The notes below the pieces were generated by a model, which was given only the letters and a program-made list of their open reading frames with translations, searched no databases and had not been told where the DNA came from. A stretch of 32,000 nucleotides of DNA, from contig RQZE01000001.1 in assembly GCA_003858585.1 (NCBI GenBank), forward strand, positions 143,238-175,237, read 5' to 3'. How positions within the stretch are numbered: position 1 is the stretch's first letter; each line of letters begins with the position of its first letter. Below, piece after piece: positions 25,150 through 32,000 of the stretch. Source of the stretch: Erysipelotrichaceae bacterium OH741_COT-311. GTDB taxonomy: Bacteria > Bacillota_I > Bacilli_A > Erysipelotrichales > Erysipelotrichaceae. Made by a program: the position numbers and the translations under genes.

Positions 25150-27722
25150 TATTTTGCATCATACCATGAAGCACCTTTACTATAAGAAACTTTTAAAGGA
25201 ACACTTAACTTCATAGCATTTTCCATCCCTTCTAAAACAATTGCTAATACTTGATCAAATTCACTTTCTAAAACATCAAAAATCAATTCATCGTGGACCG
25301 TTAAAATCATTTTTGATTGTAACCCTTCCATCTTTTTATCAATCTGAATCATTGCTAATTTTAATAAATCAGCAGCACTACCTTGAATTGGTGTATTCAT
25401 AGCTGCACGCTTACCAAATTCTTTCATCATGTAATTACTGTCTTTTAATTCTTTAATATAACGACGACGCTTTAAAAGTGTGCTTGCATACCCTGATTCT
25501 ACCGCTTGTTGAATTACATAATCCATGTAGTTTTTAATGTTTGGATATGTAGCGAAATAATTATTTATAAATTCTTTTGCTTGATTAATACTCACATGAA
25601 TTTGTTGTGATAAACCAAACTCACTCATACCATAAATAATACCAAAATTTACAGCTTTAGCAGCTCTACGATAAGCCGGAGTCATTTCTGTTTCTAGAAT
25701 ATGAAAAATGTCCATAGCTGTCTTTGTATGAATATCTAGATCATGTTTAAAAGCATCAATGAGTTTTTCTTCTTTGGCAAGATGCGCAAGCATACGTAAT
25801 TCAATTTGTGAATAATCACAACTTAACAGTATACTATTTTTACTTGCAATAAATGCTTTACGTATTTCCTTACTTTCTTCATCCTTAACACTAATGTTTT
25901 GTAGATTTGGGTCAGTAGAAGATAAACGACCTGTAGCAGTTTGCACTTGATTATAAATGGTATGTATTTTTAAATCACTACCTACATATTTCTTTAAACC
26001 TTCCGCATAGGTAGAATATAATTTACTATACTTACGATAAAGCAGTATGTCTTCAATAATTGGATGTTTTCCAATCAATTTCTCTAAAATATCTTGCGAT
26101 GTACTGCGTTTTTTATTACTAGGTAATTGTAATTTGTCAAACAAAACCTCTGCAAGTTGTTTTGGTGAATTCAAATTAAATGTAGCATCAACATATTGAT
26201 AAATGGTATTCGATAATTCTTGCATCTTATTTAGCGTATCATTACTAATTTGATCTAATACTTCCGTATTAATACAAATACCTTCTTTTTCCATTTTATA
26301 CAATACATGAGCAAGTGGTAATTCTACCTCTAAAAGTAACTGTTCCATTTCTTTTTCTTGAATTTCACTTTTTACAATATGATAAACGGTTGCGATATTC
26401 TTAATACGATTTGCGCTATGTTTGGCAAGAATTTCTGCATCCGGAAGTTTTGGTTTACTTTCCAACCCAAATAAATCTTTTAATGTAAATTCTTCTTTTA
26501 AATCATAATGGGTAATCATTTTATCGTAATCTGTTAAAGAAGTATCGTTTAAGAAACAAGCAATCATAACATCATAAAGAAAACCATGAATTGGTATATG
26601 AATCATGTCCATCAAATGATACAATGCCTTAACATCATAGACAACTTTTCCCTTTTCACTCATTAAAAACGTTAAAGTTTCTTCATCTTGCTTTAAATCC
26701 TCTAAAGTAATATATTCAATTTTTCCATTAAAATAAATACTTAATCCATAGACATTTGGATTGAAATAATCAAAATAATCACGTTGAAAATCAAGAATCG
26801 CATATTCATTCAGTAAATCTTTAGAAACTTTTTTCACAACTTGATATGTAATTTCGCTGGTATCGGTAACATCAATCATAGCAGCCAAGTGACGCATTTC
26901 ATATTGATGATAAAATTTCAATAATGTTTCATAATTCGGTTGAAATAAAAAATCTTCTAAAGAAAGAGCAATCGGAACATCGGTTTTAATCGTCGCTAAT
27001 TGTTTCGATAGAAAGGCACTTTCTTTATCCATCAATAACTTTTCTTTTAATTTTCCTTTAATACGATCAATATTTTCATAAATCTTTTCAATCGATTGGT
27101 AATTTTCCAAAAGTTTTAAAGCGGTCTTTTCTCCAATCCCCATAACACCCTTTATATTATCGGCACTATCACCCATTAACCCCTTTAAATCAATGATTTG
27201 TAAAGGATGTAAATGAAATTCTTCTTTTAAAGTTTCTTGATCTACCAATTGCATATCTGTAATGCCTTTTTTCATTAAATATACACTGGTTGTTGCATCA
27301 ATAACTTGAAGCAAATCACGATCGCTTGTTAGTATATTCACTTCATAGTCAGGATATTTTTTAGCTAGAGAGCCTATAATATCATCTGCTTCAATGTTTT
27401 CTTGTTCAATGTAAGGAATATTATACGCCTTTAAAAAATCACGTACTAATGAAAATTGTGGCACTAAATCTTCCGGAGCTGCTTTACGACCACCTTTATA
27501 ATCTTCATATAAATCATGACGAAATGTCTTTTTTCCCTTATCAAATGCCACCACCACATACTTAGGCTCAATTTTTTTAATTGCCTTATCCATCATCGTA
27601 CTAAATGCAAAAACGGCATTGGTTGGTATTCCACTTGATGTCTTCATCATACGTGTATAACAAGTTGCATAATAACCTCGAAATAACATGGAGTTACCAT
27701 CGATTAATAATATTTTTTCCAT
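25149..27722 (-). CDS. polA: DNA polymerase I
   Basis: 857 aa. The 5' nuclease N-terminus reads LLIDGNSMLFRGYYA. Polymerase motifs are DYSQIELRMLAH, RRAAKAVNFGIIYG and VHDELIF. Confidence 0.95.
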   Translation of the reverse strand: MEKILLIDGNSMLFRGYYATCYTRMMKTSSGIPTNAVFAFSTMMDKAIKKIEPKYVVVAFDKGKKTFRHDLYEDYKGGRKAAPEDLVPQFSLVRDFLKAYNIPYIEQENIEADDIIGSLAKKYPDYEVNILTSDRDLLQVIDATTSVYLMKKGITDMQLVDQETLKEEFHLHPLQIIDLKGLMGDSADNIKGVMGIGEKTALKLLENYQSIEKIYENIDRIKGKLKEKLLMDKESAFLSKQLATIKTDVPIALSLEDFLFQPNYETLLKFYHQYEMRHLAAMIDVTDTSEITYQVVKKVSKDLLNEYAILDFQRDYFDYFNPNVYGLSIYFNGKIEYITLEDLKQDEETLTFLMSEKGKVVYDVKALYHLMDMIHIPIHGFLYDVMIACFLNDTSLTDYDKMITHYDLKEEFTLKDLFGLESKPKLPDAEILAKHSANRIKNIATVYHIVKSEIQEKEMEQLLLEVELPLAHVLYKMEKEGICINTEVLDQISNDTLNKMQELSNTIYQYVDATFNLNSPKQLAEVLFDKLQLPSNKKRSTSQDILEKLIGKHPIIEDILLYRKYSKLYSTYAEGLKKYVGSDLKIHTIYNQVQTATGRLSSTDPNLQNISVKDEESKEIRKAFIASKNSILLSCDYSQIELRMLAHLAKEEKLIDAFKHDLDIHTKTAMDIFHILETEMTPAYRRAAKAVNFGIIYGMSEFGLSQQIHVSINQAKEFINNYFATYPNIKNYMDYVIQQAVESGYASTLLKRRRYIKELKDSNYMMKEFGKRAAMNTPIQGSAADLLKLAMIQIDKKMEGLQSKMILTVHDELIFDVLESEFDQVLAIVLEGMENAMKLSVPLKVSYSKGASWYDAK

Positions 27723-27736
27723 TCCTTTTACCTATA

Positions 27737-27768
27737 AAATAAGTCGCAATCTGTATTACGACTTATTT
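27737..27768 (-). terminator. Hairpin overlapping the stop of the lipoprotein gene; a possible leaky terminator just upstream of polA
   Basis: The minus strand reads AAATAAGTCG-(12-nt loop)-CGACTTATTT followed by TATAGG. The 10-bp stem is perfect, but the loop is large and the U-tract is partly inside the stem. Confidence 0.45.
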
Positions 27769-28799
27769 GTTTCCTTTTCTGTTTCAATTGCTTCTGTAGT
27801 TTCTTGTACTTCTTCCGTATTGACATCTACATTTTCGGTAATCATATTTTCTAAAACATTTAAATTTTCATACATAATTGACAAATAATCTTTATTATCA
27901 TTTTCTTGAGAAGAAGTAAGCGAAGAAATATTACTTAAATTTACACGCGTTAAATGTAATTCAGATTCCAGCTCATTAAACAAAGCAATCATATCTTCAG
28001 TCATATTTGGTTCATACGCTATGTATTTTACTTCATTTTCAATAATACGACTTTTAATCACTGAAAGTTGTTCCTGATTTGGTAACACTCCATATTTACT
28101 TAAGATTACCGGATATACTTGAAATCCATAAGCTTTTTGCCAGTTTCCAAAACTTGCAGACATCGATACAAACTTAACCGATTTATTTTCATCTTTACAC
28201 TTTTGAGCTAGCAATTGATATTGTGCATCTAAACGAACTAAATCATTGACTAGTTTATCGTAATTTTCGTTAAAATAGCTAGATTGTTCAACATAATTAC
28301 TTGCTAAATAGGTCTTAATTTCTTTTGCCATAGAAATCATTGAAATAGGATCTATCCATAAATGTAAATCTTTAGCATTTACATCAATGGTATCAAATAC
28401 TTTAGAATTATAGTATGGTCCTTCAATGTAAGACTCTTTACCATCCACATAAACTCTGGTATAACGTTTAAATTCATAAATTGCATTGTTTGATGATAAA
28501 TCATTGGTAATTACTTTACTTTTTTCAATATTACTACGATTCACATCTAAATATGGTTCTAATTCTCCAAGATGAAATAAAAGAGAACTACGTTTTAAGA
28601 TTTCATCAAATTCTTCAACAGCCTGTGCACGCTGTATCATTTCTTGTTTTTGTAACGATATAGTCTCCACACGATTACCACCTATACGGTCTAATAAATA
28701 TCCAATCGGATAGACAGTATATGAAATAACCTGTTTTTCAACTTGACATCCATTTAAAAAAATGAATAAAGATATTAATAAAATTAATAGTTTTTTCAT
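27756..28799 (-). CDS. Lipoprotein with a TroA/ZnuA-like (cluster A-I) solute-binding fold. It is an orphan and probably degenerate at the metal site.
   Basis: Lipobox LFIFLNGC. The family-like N-terminal strand is ISYTVYPIGYLLDRIGGNRVE and there is a DLHLWIDP motif. It has an acidic C-terminal tail (NVDVNTEEVQETTEAIETEKETNKS). No ABC permease or ATPase gene is adjacent. Confidence 0.7.
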   Translation of the reverse strand: MKKLLILLISLFIFLNGCQVEKQVISYTVYPIGYLLDRIGGNRVETISLQKQEMIQRAQAVEEFDEILKRSSLLFHLGELEPYLDVNRSNIEKSKVITNDLSSNNAIYEFKRYTRVYVDGKESYIEGPYYNSKVFDTIDVNAKDLHLWIDPISMISMAKEIKTYLASNYVEQSSYFNENYDKLVNDLVRLDAQYQLLAQKCKDENKSVKFVSMSASFGNWQKAYGFQVYPVILSKYGVLPNQEQLSVIKSRIIENEVKYIAYEPNMTEDMIALFNELESELHLTRVNLSNISSLTSSQENDNKDYLSIMYENLNVLENMITENVDVNTEEVQETTEAIETEKETNKS

Positions 28800-28819
28800 A
28801 ATCTTTACCTTTCCTAAAA

Positions 28820-28851
28820 ATTATACAATATTCATCTATGAAATCATAGAT
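28820..28851 (-). promoter_or_regulatory. Candidate promoter (-10 TATAAT) with a perfect 18-bp palindromic operator for the lipoprotein gene
   Basis: On the minus strand, TATAAT spans 28825-28820. The palindrome ATCTATGA-nn-TCATAGAT at 28834-28851 covers the -35/spacer region. The SD AGGAAAGG follows. Confidence 0.4.
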
Positions 28852-28873
28852 ATTTACCAATACTTTTCCCTTG

Positions 28874-28902
28874 AAAAAAATAGACACAACGTGTCTATTT
28901 TT
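28874..28902 (-). terminator. Rho-independent terminator of pnp-trmB
   Basis: The minus strand reads AAAAA-TAGACAC-GTT-GTGTCTA-TTTTTTT. The trmB stop codon lies in the 5' A-tract. Confidence 0.8.
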
Positions 28903-29536
28903 AAATCTTCTTGAAAATTGCACGATAAATCGGTTGATTTAGTGCCATAAATTTTGCTTCATATTCTGTAATTGCATCTTCTTGATGTTCTTCCCTACGG
29001 AAATCAACACTGATTTCTTCTAATACAAAATATAACTTAAGTATTTCTACAACGGAAAACTCAAATAAAATTTTATTATCTGTTTTTAAAATAATTTTTC
29101 CATTTTCTTTTAAAATATCATGGTATTTACTAACAAAACCATCGCTCGACAAACGACGCTTACGATACCCTTTTTTAGGCCATGGATCTGAGAAATTTAA
29201 ATGTATCACATCAATTTCTCCTTTATCAAACCATTGTTCTAATTCACTAGCATCATTTGTTATAAAAAGTTCATTATCATTTTCCTGATTCAAAAAATTT
29301 TTAACTGCAATACACACAACATTTACATCTTTTTCAATACCAACCCAAAAGGCATCAGGATGTTGTAAAGCCATTTGATTGATATAGCCACCTTTACCTA
29401 CACCTATTTCTAAATGTATTGGTCTTTGATCGGAAACAGTATTCCATCTACTTTTTAAATGTATTGGATTTTGCAAAGCCACTTCACTATGTTCTTGTAA
29501 AAAGGGAAGTGCCCACTTTTTTTTACGCATTCTCAT
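28901..29536 (-). CDS. trmB: tRNA (guanine46-N7)-methyltransferase
   Basis: The N-terminus MRMRKKKWALPFL is typical of Firmicute TrmB. It is followed by HLEIGVGKGGY and NFSDPWPKK. The gene starts 2 nt after the pnp stop. Confidence 0.9.
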   Translation of the reverse strand: MRMRKKKWALPFLQEHSEVALQNPIHLKSRWNTVSDQRPIHLEIGVGKGGYINQMALQHPDAFWVGIEKDVNVVCIAVKNFLNQENDNELFITNDASELEQWFDKGEIDVIHLNFSDPWPKKGYRKRRLSSDGFVSKYHDILKENGKIILKTDNKILFEFSVVEILKLYFVLEEISVDFRREEHQEDAITEYEAKFMALNQPIYRAIFKKI

Positions 29537-29538
29537 AT

Positions 29539-31734
29539 TTAATTTTTTTTCTTAAAGAAACGTTTTTCACCTGATTTTTTTTCAACCGACTTTTCTTCTG
29601 TTTTTTTATCACTGTCTTCTTGAAGAGTTTCTGGTTTTTCAATTAAATCCTTGGCAGATACATTTACACGTCCTTTATCATCAATTTCAGTAACAATAAC
29701 ACGTATAACATCCCCAATTTTTAATACACTTTCCGGTTTCTCTACACGTTGATGACTAATTTTTGATACATGAAGTAACGCATCTGTTCCTGTAAACAAT
29801 TCAACGAAAGCTCCAAATTTTTCAATACGAACTACTTTGGCTTCATAAATTTCACCAACTTTAGCCTCTTTAATAATTGCCTCAATCATCGCTTTTGCCT
29901 TATTTAATGCATCCATATCATTATGATAAATAACACAACGTCCATCATCTTCAATATCAATTTTAACTTGGTTGCATTCTTCAATAATTTGATTAATCAT
30001 TTTTCCACCAGTACCAATAACTTCACGAATTTTATCAACAGGAATTGAAAGTGTAACCATCTTTGGAGCATACTTACTTACTTCTTTACGTGGTTTATCA
30101 ATGCATTCCATCATATTTGCCATGATTTCTTGACGTCCTTTTTTCGCTTGAGCTAACGCTTCCACTAAAATATCACGTCGAATACCTTCAATTTTAATAT
30201 CCATTTGTAATGCAGTAATACCTGCATTCGTCCCTGCCACTTTAAAATCCATATCTCCAAAGTGATCTTCCATACCTTGAATATCACTTAGTACTGTATA
30301 GTGTTCTCCATACGTAACAAGCCCCATTGCAATACCAGCTACCGGAGCCTTAATTGGTACACCTGCTGCCATTAAAGACATCGTACCCGCACAAATCGAA
30401 GCTTGTGAAGAAGAACCGTTAGATTCTAATACCTCAGCAACCGTACGTATTGCATATGGAAATTCCTCTTCACTTGGCAATACTTGAGCAAGAGCACGCT
30501 CGCCTAAGGCACCATGACCAATTTCACGACGACCTGGTGAGCCCATTCTTCCTACTTCACCAACCGAATATGGTGGAAAATTATAATGATGCATGAAACG
30601 TTTTTCTTCTACATCTGTTAAATCATCAATAATCTGATTATCACCCAATGCACCTAATGTCGTTACCGATAATACTTGTGTTTCTCCACGCGTAAACAAT
30701 GCTGAACCATGTACACGAGGCAGTAAATCTATTTGAGAATTTAATGGACGAATTTCATCGACTTTACGACCATCCGGTCTAATTTTATCCACAGAGATTA
30801 AGCGACGTACTTCATTTGCTTCAATTTCTGTACAATATTCCTTACATTGTTTTACTGCTTTTTCTTTTGCTTTATCATTTTCGAAATTCATTGCTTCAAC
30901 TAATAAGCACATCTCTTCCGTTAATTCATCAATTTTACCATAACGTTCCAATTTACCTTTGATTGACACCGCTTCTTCAATACGCTGTTTACCTTTTTCA
31001 TCTACTAATGTTTTAATCATTGGATTGATTTCATATAAAACCACATCCATTTTTTCTTTTGCACACTTCAACATAATTTCTTCTTGAAATACACATAGTT
31101 GTTTAATCGCATCATGTCCAAAAAACAATGCATCCAACATAACTTCTTCACTTACTTCTTTTGCACCGGCTTCAACCATGTTAATTGCATCTTTTGTACC
31201 AGCAACTGCTAAGTGAATATCACTTTTTTCTTGTTGTTCTACTGTTGGGTTAATAATAAATTCTCCATCAACTCTACCAACAATAACACCAGCAATAGGT
31301 CCATTAAATGGAATGTTACTTACACATAATGCAAGTGAAGCTCCAAACATAGCTGCCATTTCAGGCGATACATCTGTATTGGTTGAAAGAACCGTATTGA
31401 CTACTTGAACTTCATTACGAAAACCTTCTGCAAATAACGGACGAATTGGTCGATCAATCAAACGTGCCGTTAAAGTAGCGTGTTCAGAAGGTCTACCCTC
31501 TCTTCTTAAAAACCCACCAGGAATTTTTCCGGCAGAATATAATTTTTCTTCAAACGTAACAGTCAATGGAAAAAAATCAGTATCCTTTGCCTGTTTTGAA
31601 GCTGTAGCAGTTGATAACACCACAGTATCTTCATATCTTATTAATACTGATCCACCAGCTTGTTTTGCAATTTCCCCTGTTTCTACAGTCAAATTACGTC
31701 CATAAAAATCCAAACTAAAAATTTCTTTAGCCAT
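29539..31734 (-). CDS. pnp: Polyribonucleotide nucleotidyltransferase (PNPase)
   Basis: 731 aa with two RNase PH domains, plus KH ([15 protein letters not shown]) and S1 ([20 protein letters not shown]) domains. It ends in a Lys/Glu-rich tail. Confidence 0.97.
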   Translation of the reverse strand: MAKEIFSLDFYGRNLTVETGEIAKQAGGSVLIRYEDTVVLSTATASKQAKDTDFFPLTVTFEEKLYSAGKIPGGFLRREGRPSEHATLTARLIDRPIRPLFAEGFRNEVQVVNTVLSTNTDVSPEMAAMFGASLALCVSNIPFNGPIAGVIVGRVDGEFIINPTVEQQEKSDIHLAVAGTKDAINMVEAGAKEVSEEVMLDALFFGHDAIKQLCVFQEEIMLKCAKEKMDVVLYEINPMIKTLVDEKGKQRIEEAVSIKGKLERYGKIDELTEEMCLLVEAMNFENDKAKEKAVKQCKEYCTEIEANEVRRLISVDKIRPDGRKVDEIRPLNSQIDLLPRVHGSALFTRGETQVLSVTTLGALGDNQIIDDLTDVEEKRFMHHYNFPPYSVGEVGRMGSPGRREIGHGALGERALAQVLPSEEEFPYAIRTVAEVLESNGSSSQASICAGTMSLMAAGVPIKAPVAGIAMGLVTYGEHYTVLSDIQGMEDHFGDMDFKVAGTNAGITALQMDIKIEGIRRDILVEALAQAKKGRQEIMANMMECIDKPRKEVSKYAPKMVTLSIPVDKIREVIGTGGKMINQIIEECNQVKIDIEDDGRCVIYHNDMDALNKAKAMIEAIIKEAKVGEIYEAKVVRIEKFGAFVELFTGTDALLHVSKISHQRVEKPESVLKIGDVIRVIVTEIDDKGRVNVSAKDLIEKPETLQEDSDKKTEEKSVEKKSGEKRFFKKKN

Positions 31735-31883
31735 TTTACATTTTCCTCTTATTTTTCTCTTTAATCATTTTATCATAAATATTATATTTATTATCATAAA
31801 AATGATAAGTATATCTATTTTAAAACGATATTAATAATCATAAAACTTTGATTTCACTTATAATTTTATTTTACTCATTGCAA

Positions 31884-31907
31884 AAGAAGGAATGATTATT
31901 CCTTCTT
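31884..31907 (-). terminator. Hairpin overlapping the stop codon of the LPXTG protein gene
   Basis: The minus strand reads AAGAAGGAAT-AATC-ATTCCTTCTT followed by TTGC. The stem is a perfect 10 bp. The stop TAA (31898-31896) sits at the stem/loop junction. Confidence 0.5.
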
Positions 31908-32000
31908 CTTTCTTTTAATAAATACATAAACCAAACCTGCAGATGCAGCTAAGGCAAAGACAACATATAACGTTGTATTTGTTGAATCCCCTGTTTTTGG
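31896..32000 (-). CDS. 3' end of a sortase-anchored surface protein (LPXTG sorting signal). Partial; the body lies beyond the window.
   Basis: It is not in the ORF track. The minus-strand translation is PKTGDSTNTTLYVVFALAASAGLVYVFIKRKKKE-stop. This gives a (L)PKTG motif, a hydrophobic helix and a basic tail. Confidence 0.7.
   Translation of the reverse strand, partial: PKTGDSTNTTLYVVFALAASAGLVYVFIKRKKKE

Noticed and set aside
28738-28923. A 61-aa minus-strand ORF spanning the lipoprotein-trmB intergenic region.
   Set aside because: It runs through the trmB stop and terminator hairpin, the palindrome and promoter, and into the lipoprotein signal peptide in another frame. The regulatory elements explain the sequence better.
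29511-29590. A8-A9 homopolymer tracts at the pnp end and trmB start, and an A8 tract in the GT4 domain (about 12651-12660), considered as slipped-strand phase-variation switches.
   Set aside because: They encode Lys runs (FFKKKN, RKKKW, EKKLN) in housekeeping genes of an AT-rich genome. There is no second frame that would give an alternative product, and these are not contingency-type genes. They are most likely compositional.
31860-31885. A tiny ORF (MSKIKL-stop) downstream of the LPXTG gene terminator.
   Set aside because: It has six codons, no SD and no conservation argument. It is indistinguishable from noise.
1-32000. A search for mobile elements, CRISPR arrays, rRNA/tRNA genes, prophage or defence islands.
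   Set aside because: Every gene-sized ORF is accounted for by a housekeeping or envelope family. I saw no integrase, transposase or Cas-like translation, no regularly spaced direct repeats, and no intergenic gap longer than about 160 nt that could hold a structured RNA gene. I saw no tRNA-like cloverleaf in the gaps, though this was judged by eye only.

Overview
This is an AT-rich window (roughly one-third G+C by eye, not computed) from a low-GC Gram-positive (Bacillota-type) chromosome. The Bacillota call rests on the presence of dnaB/dnaI, RNase J, YhaM, an alMGS-type GT4, YfhO, PASTA repeats and an LPXTG signal. It uses the standard genetic code: TGA ends yfhO, mutM and dnaI exactly where homology ends. 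Coding is dense and strongly strand-biased. I call 24 CDS; only three (PASTA protein, def, rnj) are on the + strand.

Most of the window is conserved housekeeping. The minus-strand units are:
- pnp-trmB
- an orphan lipoprotein
- polA-mutM-coaE-dnaB-dnaI, running without a visible terminator into pfkA-pyk
- ftsW/rodA-rsmD-coaD, followed by an envelope block (MprF-like flippase-domain protein, GT4 glycolipid synthase fused to RecX, yhaM)
- yfhO plus a second polytopic membrane protein
- tex-GNAT-yjjI

I see no rRNA, tRNA, CRISPR array, transposase, integrase or recognisable defence system. I cannot honestly point to a clearly novel multi-gene system.

The parts that deserve a second look are:
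1. A single ORF fusing an alMGS-like GT4 glycosyltransferase to a full-length Firmicute-type RecX. It is chained by overlapping reading frames to a flippase-like protein upstream and yhaM downstream.
2. A catalytic-domain-less membrane protein of about 10 PASTA-like repeats, with a duplicated Cys-pair module.
3. A YfhO-type GT-C enzyme translationally coupled to a second uncharacterised polytopic protein, with no GT2/GtrA partner in view.
4. An orphan TroA/ZnuA-like lipoprotein that appears to lack most metal ligands and sits behind a perfect 18-bp palindrome.
5. A YjjI-family glycyl-radical enzyme, with a probable activase start overlapping its 3' end at the window edge.

All family assignments come from motifs read in the supplied translations and from remembered family signatures. 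No database search or HMM was run.
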